Shown here: positions 47,165 through 57,434 of the stretch, one piece after another
How positions within the stretch are numbered: position 1 is the first letter of the stretch
Layout: each line of letters starts with the position of its first letter
Assembly (NCBI GenBank): GCA_025800285.1
Contig: JAOXRX010000037.1
Coordinates: 144,150 to 208,149 of the forward strand
From: Alphaproteobacteria bacterium
Lineage (GTDB): Bacteria > Pseudomonadota > Alphaproteobacteria > JAOXRX01
Direction: 5' to 3'
Length of the DNA: 64,000 bases
Notes under the pieces: generated by a model
Databases searched by the model: none
Told to the model about the DNA's origin: nothing
What the model saw: only the letters and a program-made list of their open reading frames with translations
Position numbers and translations under genes: made by a program

Positions 47165-47632
47165 TTATCTTGCATTCTTTTCGTTCATTGCAGCAATATC
47201 AAGCACTTCTGGGTTTTGAGCAGCGTGTGGGTGATTTGGTCCTACATAAACTTTAAGTTTTGTTAATTGTTTTCTAGCTAGAGGGCTTTCTTTTGGAAGC
47301 ATTCTTTGAACAGCTTTCATGATAACTCTTTCAGGATATTTACCTGTTAGTCTTTCGCCCATAGTTCTTGATTTAATACCACCTGGGTGATTTGTATGCC
47401 AGAAGAACTTTGTTCTGTTTAATTTGTTACCTGTTAGTTTTACTTTCTCTGCATTGATAACGATGATATTATCACCACAATCTGCATGAGGAGTAAATGT
47501 TGGTTTGTGTTTACCACGAAGTCTCATAGCGATTATAGAAGCCATTCTACCTAGTACTAGTCCTTCAGCATCTACAATGTACCATTTTTGATCTTCAACT
47601 TTAGGAGTCTTAGCCATAAATGTTTTTGTCAT
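47165..47632 (-). CDS. rplM: 50S ribosomal protein L13
   Basis: 155 aa. [16 protein letters not shown] and the conserved rplM-rpsI operon order. Confidence 0.95.
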   Translation of the reverse strand: MTKTFMAKTPKVEDQKWYIVDAEGLVLGRMASIIAMRLRGKHKPTFTPHADCGDNIIVINAEKVKLTGNKLNRTKFFWHTNHPGGIKSRTMGERLTGKYPERVIMKAVQRMLPKESPLARKQLTKLKVYVGPNHPHAAQNPEVLDIAAMNEKNAR

Positions 47633-47849
47633 TATTGTTTTCCTTTTTTTATTGATCTCGAACTCATTCCGAAATCTTGTTATTTAATTTGAGATGTAAA
47701 TATATCTCGATTTTTAATTTTTGTCAATAGCATATATGTAAAATTCAATAAAAACAATTAGTTAGTCTTATGGTATTATTATACCTTATTTCCAAGTCAT
47801 TGAATAATAAGTATTTATTTTTTTAAAATACGATTCGCTGTTTTTATTT

Positions 47850-50800
47850 TTAACTAAAATCTTCTACTTTATTTATACCCTCAAGAACTCTAATTTCATC
47901 AATTTTATTTGGAATTAAATTGAAACCACCTATAGATATTTCTACTTGTTTAGAGAAATCGCTTGTAGACATTATTATATTCACCTTGATTTTCCCTTTG
48001 GGAATATCTTTAAGTATATTGTGAATGTTGGTTATAGATTTTTTATCTTCCACAAAAACTTTAATTGATTTTGTAGCATTTACCATTTCCTTAGCTAAAT
48101 CTTTAACTGCAGCACCTCTAAGTTTTAGATTATCTTCATCAATATCTGCTGCAGCAGGTATAACTACGAGGTTTCCTACTTCTAATATATCTTTAGAATT
48201 TTCTAGAGCATCACTAAATAGAGTTATTTCGTAAGATCCTGATGAATCGCTTAAGCCTATGAAGGCAAATTTGTTACCTCTTCTGGATGTTTTTATTGAT
48301 TTAGATGTTATGATGCCAGCAAGTTTGACATAATTTTTACCTGTGTCTTTTACTTCTTTTAGAACATCTGCATATTTTATAACTTCCATGGATTGTAAAG
48401 TCTTGTTATATAAATCTAAGGGATGAGATGAAAGATACATACCAACTGCTTTAAATTCATACTCTAGTTTTTCACTATTGCTCCAAGGTTGAATTAAAGG
48501 TAACTTTGGAGTTTCTAGTTTTATGTCTTGCCCTCCAAATAAAGAAACTTGATTTGAGTTTTTTTCATGGCTATATGTGCTTGCATATTTACCTAATATT
48601 TCCATAGACTCTATTAGTTGAGCTCTGTTGGGATGTATATCGTCTAAAGCCCCGGCATATGTTAAACCTTCAAGCTGTTTTTTATTGCATCCTTTGTCTC
48701 CAACTCTTTCAACTAAGTCGAATATGTCTTTGAAATTGCCATTTTCTTTTCGTTCATTTACAAGAGATTTCATTGCTCCGACACCAACTCCTTTAATTGC
48801 TCCCAGAGGGTATCTTATTACATCCGTTCCATTCTCTTGTTTCTCTACTGCAAAGTTTGCAAGAGATTTGTTCGCATTTGGAGGAAGTACCTCTATCCCC
48901 ATCTCATTAGAGTTTTGCTTGAAGATCGCAAGTTTGTCAGGATTGTCAACATCTAAATGCATTAATGCAGTCATAAATGCTACGGGATAATGTGCTTTTA
49001 GATATGCTGTTTGATATGCAATTAGAGCATAAGCAGCAGCATGGGATTTGTTGAAACCATAACTAGCGAATTTTTCTAGAACTTCAAAAATATGAGTTGC
49101 TGTTTTTTTATCAACTCCTCTGTCCATAGCACCATTTACAAATTTAGGACGGTGTTTATCCATCTCTTCTTTAATTTTTTTACCCATTGCTCTTCTAAGC
49201 ATATCACCTTCACCAAGAGAGTATCCTGCCATAGTTTGAGCAATTTGTTGAACTTGTTCTTGATAAACAGGAATACCATAAGTTGGCTCAAGAATAGATT
49301 TAATCATAGGGTGATAATAGTTAGCTTCTTTTTCTCCGTGCTTCACAGCAATATATGTCGGTATGTTATCCATAGGCCCTGGACGATATAAGGAAACTAA
49401 AGCGATAATATCATCAAAGTTAGTAGGCTTTAGTTTAGAGATAACATCTTGCATGCCAGAAGATTCTAACTGGAATACACCAATAGTATTACCAGATCTT
49501 AAAAGCTCAAAAGTTTTTTCATCATCAACTGATATTGAATCAATGTCTATTTTTTCTCCATATGTTTTTTCAATAATCTTTGTGGCTCTTTTTATAACTG
49601 TAAGAGTTTTTAATCCTAAGAAATCGAATTTAATCAGACCAGTTTGTTCAATGGTTTTCATATTGAATTGACTAGAAGGCATGTCTAAGTCTGATTTAGG
49701 ATCAACATATAGAGGTACTAGCTGAGGTAAAGGCCTATCTCCAATAAGAAGTCCTGCCGCATGAGTTGATGCATGACGATATAATCCTTCAAGCTTTTGA
49801 GCTACCTCTATTAATCTTTCAACTTTTTCATCTGTTCTTCTTAAAACATCAAGCTCTGTTTCTGTATCAAGAGCATCTTGAATTGTTTTTGCATCCATTG
49901 GTATCATTTTTGCAACTTTATCAACTTCAAAATAGGACATTTGAAGAACTCTACCAACATCACGAATTACAGCTTTTGCTTTTAGTTTACCGAAGGTGAT
50001 GATTTGAGCAACTGATTCTTTACCGTATTTCCTTTGTACATATTGTATCACTTCTCCTCTACGAGATTGACAGAAGTCAATATCAAAATCGGGCATGGAT
50101 ACCCTTTCTGGATTTAGGAATCTCTCAAATAATAACCCTAGTCTGATTGGATCTAAGTTTGTAATTAACAAACACCAAGCAACAACAGAACCTGCTCCAG
50201 ATCCACGACCTGGTCCAACAGGGATATCATTGTTTTTTGCCCATTTGATAAAATCCATACATATTAAGAAGTATCCAGAGAATCCCATTTTAATAATAAC
50301 TGAAAGCTCATAATTCAATCTTTCAAAATATTTTTCTTTTATTTTCTCTTTTTCTTCTTCAGACATATCATCTGTATATACAAAGTTTTCTAATCTATAT
50401 TTTAAACCCTCTTCAGATTGATGCCTTAGTTCGTCATCTTCACTTCTTCCGTCTCCACAATCTGCATGAGGAAGTAGAGGTGCTTTCTCTTCTAGAAAAT
50501 GACTACATCTTTTTGCTATTTGTACAGTGTTTAAATATGCTTCAGGGAGATCTTTAAAAAGTTCTATCATTTCCTCTGATGTTTTAAAATAATGCTCCGG
50601 AGTTTCTTTTCTTCTATCATCTTCAATTACATAGTTACCACCAGAAATGCAAAGTAGAGCATCATGAGCTGAATACATATCTTTAGTTTTAAAAAATACA
50701 TTATTTGTTGCAACAAGAGGTATATTCATTTCATATGCCCATTTTAAGAAGAACTCTTCACAAAAATCCTCTTCTGATAAGCTGTGTCTTGATAATTCCA

Positions 50801-51308
50801 TATACAATCTATCGCCGAAGTATTCATGCAGGTTTTGAAGCATTTCTTTAGCATGGTCTTCTTTTTTGTTTAAGAGTAAGTAACCTAAAGGTCCATTATA
50901 TGCTCCAGTTAAACAAATTATGCCTTCGTTTAATTCTTGAAGGTCTGCTAAATCAATATGGGGGTTTCCTTCTTTTCCATATATTGTGTAGGAACGACTC
51001 ATTAGTTCGGAAAGATTTAAATATCCTTGATGATTTTGAGCCAACAGAACTATATTTTTAAAAATGCTTTCTGTTATTGGCCCCATATTTATCTTAACAG
51101 CAATAGATGTTCCTAATATAGGTTGTATTCCTTCTTTAGGTGAAGATAATGAAAACTCCATAGCTCCAAACATATTGTGAGTGTCTGTAATAGCAATAGC
51201 GGGCATGTTATTTTGCTTTGCTAGTTTTATCATATCCTTAGCTGTGATTGCCCCCTCTGCAAGAGAGTAGGCACTGTGTGTTCTAAGGTGTATAAAGCTA
51301 TTTCCCAT
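47850..51308 (-). CDS. dnaE: DNA polymerase III alpha subunit
   Basis: 1152 aa. PHP N-terminus FIHLRTHSAYSL and palm motif GPGRGSGAGSVVAWCL. Confidence 0.97.
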   Translation of the reverse strand: MGNSFIHLRTHSAYSLAEGAITAKDMIKLAKQNNMPAIAITDTHNMFGAMEFSLSSPKEGIQPILGTSIAVKINMGPITESIFKNIVLLAQNHQGYLNLSELMSRSYTIYGKEGNPHIDLADLQELNEGIICLTGAYNGPLGYLLLNKKEDHAKEMLQNLHEYFGDRLYMELSRHSLSEEDFCEEFFLKWAYEMNIPLVATNNVFFKTKDMYSAHDALLCISGGNYVIEDDRRKETPEHYFKTSEEMIELFKDLPEAYLNTVQIAKRCSHFLEEKAPLLPHADCGDGRSEDDELRHQSEEGLKYRLENFVYTDDMSEEEKEKIKEKYFERLNYELSVIIKMGFSGYFLICMDFIKWAKNNDIPVGPGRGSGAGSVVAWCLLITNLDPIRLGLLFERFLNPERVSMPDFDIDFCQSRRGEVIQYVQRKYGKESVAQIITFGKLKAKAVIRDVGRVLQMSYFEVDKVAKMIPMDAKTIQDALDTETELDVLRRTDEKVERLIEVAQKLEGLYRHASTHAAGLLIGDRPLPQLVPLYVDPKSDLDMPSSQFNMKTIEQTGLIKFDFLGLKTLTVIKRATKIIEKTYGEKIDIDSISVDDEKTFELLRSGNTIGVFQLESSGMQDVISKLKPTNFDDIIALVSLYRPGPMDNIPTYIAVKHGEKEANYYHPMIKSILEPTYGIPVYQEQVQQIAQTMAGYSLGEGDMLRRAMGKKIKEEMDKHRPKFVNGAMDRGVDKKTATHIFEVLEKFASYGFNKSHAAAYALIAYQTAYLKAHYPVAFMTALMHLDVDNPDKLAIFKQNSNEMGIEVLPPNANKSLANFAVEKQENGTDVIRYPLGAIKGVGVGAMKSLVNERKENGNFKDIFDLVERVGDKGCNKKQLEGLTYAGALDDIHPNRAQLIESMEILGKYASTYSHEKNSNQVSLFGGQDIKLETPKLPLIQPWSNSEKLEYEFKAVGMYLSSHPLDLYNKTLQSMEVIKYADVLKEVKDTGKNYVKLAGIITSKSIKTSRRGNKFAFIGLSDSSGSYEITLFSDALENSKDILEVGNLVVIPAAADIDEDNLKLRGAAVKDLAKEMVNATKSIKVFVEDKKSITNIHNILKDIPKGKIKVNIIMSTSDFSKQVEISIGGFNLIPNKIDEIRVLEGINKVEDFS

Positions 51309-51314
51309 TATTTG

Positions 51315-51824
51315 TTACTTAATCCTTTTTATAAAAGTTGTTGCCCAAGGTTTATAATTATTGTTTTTATAAAAATTGATACTATTTTTATTATCACTTA
51401 AACAAGATAACATTATAGTTTTTTCATTTTCTTGTATAGCATATTCTTCAGCTTTTTGCATTAACTTTTTCCCATATCCTCGCCCTCGGTGTTCTTCTTT
51501 AATAAAAATCGAGCTTATAAATATTCTAGGTTTCATGCAACAATTGCCTCTGTTATGTGTAAAATTTATGAATCCAATATAGTTTTCATTTTCTTTTATT
51601 AAGTAAATGTTTTTGTCTGTTTTTATTTGTTTTGTCTCTAAATCTATACTGTCTTGCATCATTTTTTCTAAAATATCTTCAGTAACCTTATTAGTTAAAG
51701 TATAAGGGCAATGTTCATTTGTTATATCTCTTTCATATTGAGATAACTTTTTCTGCAGCATTTTAAATTGTGGAAATAATTCTGGATTATATTTTGCAAT
51801 TTTTATAATGTTTTCTTTTTCCAT
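51315..51824 (-). CDS. GNAT-family N-acetyltransferase
   Basis: 169 aa with acetyl-CoA binding motif HRGRGYGKKLM. Confidence 0.7.
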   Translation of the reverse strand: MEKENIIKIAKYNPELFPQFKMLQKKLSQYERDITNEHCPYTLTNKVTEDILEKMMQDSIDLETKQIKTDKNIYLIKENENYIGFINFTHNRGNCCMKPRIFISSIFIKEEHRGRGYGKKLMQKAEEYAIQENEKTIMLSCLSDNKNSINFYKNNNYKPWATTFIKRIK

Positions 51825-51826
51825 TC

Positions 51827-52303
51827 TTAAACCTCAACTACCATATATTCATTGCCACAATGAGTAATAAACTTAACTAAATCATCATAAGATATAGAAA
51901 TAGTTGAAGTATTTATCATTGGGTGAAATAGAATCTTTTCTTGTCCAATTAATTCGCAATCTATAACAACTTTAACAAGATTGTTATCGTCATTCATGAT
52001 TCCAAAAGGGCAAACTGAACCCGGTGTTAAATCTAGCACTTCTTTCAATCTATCTGCTGATGCGAAAGAAAGTCTTTTGCTTCCAATTTGTTTTTGTAGG
52101 GTGTTCTGATTAATAGCTTTTTCAGCAGGAGTGCAAAATAAGAAATACTCTCCTTTTTTGTCTTTTAGAAACATATTTTTACAAAATAACCCATCAAATG
52201 TTTTTTCACATTTTTTTACATCTTCAATAGTATGTAGAGCTTCGTGCTCATACTTGTCGTGCTCTATGTTTAACTCTTTTAATAAAATCTCAAGCTGTTT
52301 CAT
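51827..52303 (-). CDS. YbaK/ProX-type aminoacyl-tRNA trans-editing domain protein
   Basis: 158 aa. Motifs KNMFLKDKKG and GSVCPFG are typical of prolyl-tRNA-synthetase-associated editing domains. Confidence 0.65.
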   Translation of the reverse strand: MKQLEILLKELNIEHDKYEHEALHTIEDVKKCEKTFDGLFCKNMFLKDKKGEYFLFCTPAEKAINQNTLQKQIGSKRLSFASADRLKEVLDLTPGSVCPFGIMNDDNNLVKVVIDCELIGQEKILFHPMINTSTISISYDDLVKFITHCGNEYMVVEV

Positions 52304-52311
52304 TTATACTA

Positions 52312-53322
52312 TTACCCAAATATTTTTTCTTTTATCTCTGCTAAGTTTTTCCTTGCAATTTCTCTAGCTTTTTCAGCACCTTTTTGTAAAATAGCCTCAA
52401 GCTCTTCTTCGTGAGATATATAATATTCGTATTTTTCTCTCATATCACTGATTAAAGCTAAATAGTCTTCAAGCAACATCTTCTTGATGTGTCCATAACC
52501 AAGTTTGCCTTCTTTTAATCCTGTAGCCATTTCTTCTAATCTTTCTGGAGTCATAATTGTTTTAGCAATTTGATATACTAAAATGCCTTCTGGATCTTTA
52601 GGCTCTTCAATAGGTCGAGAATCAGTCGCAATTGACATAATCGCTTTTTTAATTTCTTTATCAGTTTTGAATAAAGGAATTACATTATTATAGCTTTTGC
52701 TCATTTTTCTGCCATCTGTTCCAGGTAAAGTTGCAGCATCTTCTTTTAAGAAATAATCAGGAGTCTTGAAAACCTTGTCTTTATAAACATGATTAATTGA
52801 AGAAGCAATATCTCTGGTTATCTCTACATGTTGAACTTGGTCCTTACCTACAGGAACTATATCTGATTGGAACATAAGTATATCAGATGCCATTAGAGTT
52901 GGATATGTATATAATCCCATGTTTACTCCATCATCTGGATGATGACCTTTTTCATTGTTCTTATCTACAGATGCTTTATAAGCATGAGCTTTGTTCATCC
53001 ATCCTTTTGGAGTATATGCAGATAATAAAACTTGTAGCTCAAATATTTCAGGAACATCTGATTGGCGATAAAAAACAGAATGCTCTGGGTTTAGACCGCA
53101 AGCAAGATAAGCTGAAGCAATTTCTTTAGTCCACTGTTTTATATTACTTCCATCTTTTTCTTGATTAAGAGCATGATAATCTGCAATAAACATAAAGTGT
53201 TTATTTTGATCTACTTGATTTCCTAAGTCTATGGAAGGAACCATTGCTCCAACATAGTTACCCACATGAAGAGTCCCTGTTGGTTTAATTCCTGTTAATA
53301 CAATTTTGTTTTCTAAGTTCAT
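52312..53322 (-). CDS. trpS: tryptophanyl-tRNA synthetase
   Basis: 336 aa. HIGH-type motif TGTLHVGNYVG and the KMSKS motif. Confidence 0.93.
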   Translation of the reverse strand: MNLENKIVLTGIKPTGTLHVGNYVGAMVPSIDLGNQVDQNKHFMFIADYHALNQEKDGSNIKQWTKEIASAYLACGLNPEHSVFYRQSDVPEIFELQVLLSAYTPKGWMNKAHAYKASVDKNNEKGHHPDDGVNMGLYTYPTLMASDILMFQSDIVPVGKDQVQHVEITRDIASSINHVYKDKVFKTPDYFLKEDAATLPGTDGRKMSKSYNNVIPLFKTDKEIKKAIMSIATDSRPIEEPKDPEGILVYQIAKTIMTPERLEEMATGLKEGKLGYGHIKKMLLEDYLALISDMREKYEYYISHEEELEAILQKGAEKAREIARKNLAEIKEKIFG

Positions 53323-53440
53323 TGCTTTATTCCTTTTTATTAAATTATATGAATTTGTTTAGCATATTTCTCTTTACAAAACAAGATTTTTATTGTATTT
53401 ATTGCTTTATAAATAAAAGGCAAAATAAAAGGAAAAGTGC

Positions 53441-54124
53441 ATGGAAGTAGATAAAGAAGATAAAAGATTTCATGGTAGAATTTTTGGTAAGACTATGAAA
53501 GGCGAAAGAGCTTCTTATATAAAGACTCATTTACCTAAGGTAGAAATAAAAGTCGATGAGGATTTTTCTGATCCAAAAGGTATCTTTGATATGCCCGTTG
53601 ATGAAGTGTGGTTAGAGATAGGTTTTGGAAATGGAGAACATGTTATTTCTCAAGCAATACACAACAGTAATGTTGGGATAATAGGAGCAGAGCCATATAT
53701 GAATGGTGTCTCCGCATTGCTTAGAGATATGGGAGACCTAAAAAACATCAGAGTTTTGCCCTCTGATGTTAGGCCTCTTTTAGATAATTTGCCAGATAAT
53801 TGTTTAGATAAGGTTTTTATACTTTTTAATGATCCTTGGCCAAAGAAGAGGCATCATAAAAGAAGATTTGCTAATAAATATAATCTCGATAGACTTGCTA
53901 GAGTTCTGAAAAGTGGCGGAGAGTTAGTTTTTGCTACTGATCACAAAGGTTTGGCTATACATAGTATCAGAGCCTTTGAAGGGCATCCAGATTTTATTTG
54001 GGTAAATAGAGATAAAATATCAGCTTGGAGAAAAAGACCTGAAGGCTGGTTCCCAACAAGATATGAAGAAAAGGCTCTTAAACAAGGAAGAAAATCTGTA
54101 TATTTCTTTTTAAAGAGAATATAG
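53441..54124 (+). CDS. trmB: tRNA (guanine46-N7)-methyltransferase
   Basis: EIGFGNGEH, FNDPWPKKRHHKRR and TDH. Confidence 0.9.
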   Translation: MEVDKEDKRFHGRIFGKTMKGERASYIKTHLPKVEIKVDEDFSDPKGIFDMPVDEVWLEIGFGNGEHVISQAIHNSNVGIIGAEPYMNGVSALLRDMGDLKNIRVLPSDVRPLLDNLPDNCLDKVFILFNDPWPKKRHHKRRFANKYNLDRLARVLKSGGELVFATDHKGLAIHSIRAFEGHPDFIWVNRDKISAWRKRPEGWFPTRYEEKALKQGRKSVYFFLKRI

Positions 54125-54125
54125 T

Positions 54126-55535
54126 TTATCTAAAGCCGACTTCTTTAAAACTTCTTAGTTTTCTGCTATGAAGTTTGTTTGGACCGTTTTCTCTTAAGAG
54201 CTCCATTGCTTTTACACCAATATGTAAATGTTGAGATATTTGCTTTTTATAAAATTCATTAGCCATCCCTGGGAGCTTTAGTTCTCCATGCAATGGTTTG
54301 TCTGATATTGACAGTAGAGTTCCATAAGGGATTCTAAACCTGTAACCATTGGTAGCAATTGTTGCGGATTCCATGTCTAGAGCAATTGCTCTAGAATCTG
54401 AAAGAGTTTTTATAGACAAAGAGTTCTTATCTATTTCCCAGTTTCTATCTCCAGTTGTTATGACTGTTCCTGTTCTCATTAAATTCTTTATGCTGTTTTT
54501 ATCTGTTTTAGTTATTTCCATAATAGCATCTTGAATGGCATTTTGTATTTCAGATAAGGCTGGTATAGGAATTGATAGAGGAACAATATCATCTAAAATC
54601 CCATCTAATCTTAAATAAGCATGAGCTAAAACATAGTCTCCTAGTTTTTGAGAGTTTCTTAGCCCAGCACAGTGTCCCAGCATCATCCATGTATGAGGTC
54701 TTAAAACGGCTACATGATCTGTTATTGTTTTTGCATTTGATGGGCCAACTCCAATGTTAATTATGGTTATTCCCTTATGGCCTTCTGCTTTTAAATGATA
54801 TGCAGGCATTTGTATATTTTTTTGGTTAGTGTCTGGTGATTTAAAATCTAAATATTTACCTTTTTTTATAGACTCTTCTTCAGCATATTTTTTAAACTCA
54901 TCTATATAGAACTGATAGTTTGTGAAAAGAATATATCTTTGAAAATCTTCAGGATTTGTTCCTGTATAGTGAGCTAATCTTTTTAAGCTTAAATCTACTC
55001 TTGATGCTCTGAAAAGAGATAAAGGCATTACCTTTATGTCTTCCTCTAATAAGTGCGAGCCATTAGAGTAATCATCATCAATTATCGACAAATTAGGAAC
55101 ATCAAATAAATCAGGGATTTGAGCCTGCTTCTCTAAATCTAAAGAATTAGCATTTGTATCTTCTGATAAAGCAAAGTGTAAAGGAATCTTTTCTTTAGAT
55201 AAGCCTATTTCTACAGGGACTTTGTGATTATTTAATAGTAAAGAAATTTGATCAAGATAATATCCTTCAAATACATTAAATGCTGTTAAAGTTGTTTTGT
55301 ATATTCCTGGAGCTGTTATCAGTCCATAAGATAAATGACCTTTGTTTTTGTTTTCAATTCTTGCGGATTTTATGTTTATTTTTATATATGGATAATATGC
55401 AGATACTCTTTCTGCTATTTCTTTACCGTTTGTAAAATCCTCAAATGCAGATTGTAGTATCTCAATGTTGCTATTGTATATTTTTTTTGCATAATCTACA
55501 GCTTTATTTGCATTTGTAAAAAATTTAGATTCCAT
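54126..55535 (-). CDS. amn: AMP nucleosidase
   Basis: 469 aa. An N-terminal AMN domain plus a PNP/UDP-phosphorylase-type catalytic domain (MLGHCAGLR, ALDMESA). Confidence 0.75.
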   Translation of the reverse strand: MESKFFTNANKAVDYAKKIYNSNIEILQSAFEDFTNGKEIAERVSAYYPYIKINIKSARIENKNKGHLSYGLITAPGIYKTTLTAFNVFEGYYLDQISLLLNNHKVPVEIGLSKEKIPLHFALSEDTNANSLDLEKQAQIPDLFDVPNLSIIDDDYSNGSHLLEEDIKVMPLSLFRASRVDLSLKRLAHYTGTNPEDFQRYILFTNYQFYIDEFKKYAEEESIKKGKYLDFKSPDTNQKNIQMPAYHLKAEGHKGITIINIGVGPSNAKTITDHVAVLRPHTWMMLGHCAGLRNSQKLGDYVLAHAYLRLDGILDDIVPLSIPIPALSEIQNAIQDAIMEITKTDKNSIKNLMRTGTVITTGDRNWEIDKNSLSIKTLSDSRAIALDMESATIATNGYRFRIPYGTLLSISDKPLHGELKLPGMANEFYKKQISQHLHIGVKAMELLRENGPNKLHSRKLRSFKEVGFR

Positions 55536-55736
55536 ATTTTTTATCCTTTGTTTTGCCGTTATTTCGACCTTAGTATAGAAAATCCTTCAAGTCAATTATA
55601 CCTTTTAATTTTAATTCTCTTCGCTCAATATGACGAAGGGAGTGTTGTTTTTTATTATGTTAAGACAAATGATTTGCAAATTCAACTCTTTTCTAGTATA
55701 TTGAGAAAAATCTTAATAATAAAAAGAGAGGTTTAG

Positions 55737-56639
55737 ATGAAGATAGCATATATGGGGACTCCTGATTTTGCAGTTCCTGCTTTAAAAAAATTAATAGAGA
55801 AATTTGGAATTGAAGTTGTTTATTCTAAAGAGCCAAAACCTGTTGGTAGAGGGCATAAAATTAAAAAAACTCCAGTTCATATAATCGCGGAAGAAAATAA
55901 TATAGAGGTTAGGACTCCTAAATCTTTGAGGAAGAATACAGAAGAGTGGAATTATTTAAAATCTTTAGATTTAGATTATATAGTGGTATGTGCATATGGT
56001 CTTATTTTACCGCAAGAGCTTTTAGATATTCCAAGTAAGGGTTGTATTAACATTCACGGATCTTTACTTCCTCGTTGGAGAGGAGCTGCTCCTTTGCAAA
56101 GAGCCATCTTAGAAGGTGATGAAAAAACTGGAATAACTATTATGAAAATGGATGCTGGATTGGATACAGGAGATATGCTTCTTAAAGGAGAATTATCTAT
56201 AGATAAAAACACTACAGCTATTTCTTTACATGATGATATGGCAAATTTAGGAGGAGAACTTATAGTTGAGTATATAGCTAATCCAACTAAACCTGAAAAA
56301 CAAGATGATAGTATGGCAAATTATGCAAATAAAATCACAAAAGATGAGGGGCTAATAGATTGGAATAGCTCTGCAGAAAAAATACTAAGGCAGTATAATG
56401 CTCTAGCTATTTGGCCAGGGGTTTATTTTGAGCTTAATGGTCAAAATATAAAGGTTAAGTCTTTAGAATTAGTAGAAGGTAGTGGTAAAGCTGGAGAAAT
56501 ATTAAATAAAGATATGGTTATTGCTTGTTCTGAAGGGGCAATAAAGTTAAATAAATTACAAAAACCTGGTAAGTCTGCTGTGGATGGAATAGCATTTTTT
56601 AATGGAACTCAAGAATTGAAAGTTGGAGATGTTATATAG
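55737..56639 (+). CDS. fmt: methionyl-tRNA formyltransferase
   Basis: MGTPDFAVP and NIHGSLLPRWRGAAPLQRAI. Confidence 0.95.
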   Translation: MKIAYMGTPDFAVPALKKLIEKFGIEVVYSKEPKPVGRGHKIKKTPVHIIAEENNIEVRTPKSLRKNTEEWNYLKSLDLDYIVVCAYGLILPQELLDIPSKGCINIHGSLLPRWRGAAPLQRAILEGDEKTGITIMKMDAGLDTGDMLLKGELSIDKNTTAISLHDDMANLGGELIVEYIANPTKPEKQDDSMANYANKITKDEGLIDWNSSAEKILRQYNALAIWPGVYFELNGQNIKVKSLELVEGSGKAGEILNKDMVIACSEGAIKLNKLQKPGKSAVDGIAFFNGTQELKVGDVI

Positions 56640-57346
56640 TGAATATAAAAGAGAGAACAGTAGATTATTTTGAATCTTTAGCAAAGCCTTTTTTAGAAAA
56701 TAAAAACTTAAGTGATGATCAAAAAACTAAAGTGGATATAAAATATTCTCACCCATATAGAGTGGCGAAATTAAGTGAAGAGTTTGCAGATTATTTTAAT
56801 ATGTCTAAAGAGGATGCTGATATGTTTTATGTAATTGCTCTTTTACATGATGTGGGGAGATTTGAGCAAATAAAAGTATTTAATTCCTTTTCTGATAAAG
56901 ATACTATGGATCACGGAGATTTAAGTGAAAGAGTAATAAGTGAACTAGATTTTATCAAGAATCATTTTTCAACAGAAGACTTTGATATTATTTGTAAAGC
57001 TATAAAAAATCATAATAAACTCACCATAGATAATAAAATAACAGATGGTAGAACTTTATACTTTTGTAAAATGATTAGAGATATTGACAAGCTAGATATA
57101 TATAAAGTTTATATTGAGGATATATATGAAAAAGGAAATCTAGATAGTGTTGAAGGTAAGGGGAAGGGCAACCCAAGAGAAGTGCCTTCAGATGTTTTTC
57201 AAAGTGTTTTGAATAAGGAGGAAGTGCCTTACACTCTTATAAGAACACAAGCAGATAAACTTATTTTGTCATTAGGTTATATTTTTGATATAAATTATAA
57301 ATATAGTTTTGAAATTTTGAAAAAAATGGTTATTATGATAAGTTGA
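56639..57346 (+). CDS. HD-domain phosphohydrolase, function unknown
   Basis: GTG start overlapping the fmt stop (TAGTG). HD motif ALLHDVGRFEQ, with DKLD downstream. Confidence 0.6.
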   Translation: MNIKERTVDYFESLAKPFLENKNLSDDQKTKVDIKYSHPYRVAKLSEEFADYFNMSKEDADMFYVIALLHDVGRFEQIKVFNSFSDKDTMDHGDLSERVISELDFIKNHFSTEDFDIICKAIKNHNKLTIDNKITDGRTLYFCKMIRDIDKLDIYKVYIEDIYEKGNLDSVEGKGKGNPREVPSDVFQSVLNKEEVPYTLIRTQADKLILSLGYIFDINYKYSFEILKKMVIMIS

Positions 57347-57434
57347 TTAGTGTTGTTGAAGAGAAAGTTAACGAGTTCGATAAACTCAAATCTATTTATA
57401 TTGATTTTATTAATGAAAAATTGGAGATTTAATA

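Noticed and set aside
48025-50313. Series of 69-120-aa plus-strand ORFs inside dnaE
   Set aside because: All lie antisense to the 1152-aa DnaE frame and are Ser/Phe/Leu-rich, as expected for reverse frames of an AT-rich gene. The same reasoning applies to the shadow ORFs inside glyA, ihfB, the hydrogenase gene, lon, rnj, tkt, lpxI, secA, pflB, cas9, trpS, amn, pepN and the BI-1 gene.
55548-55736. 62-aa ORF filling the amn-fmt intergenic region
   Set aside because: It has no RBS and ends exactly at the fmt start. The region is more plausibly the divergent promoter region.
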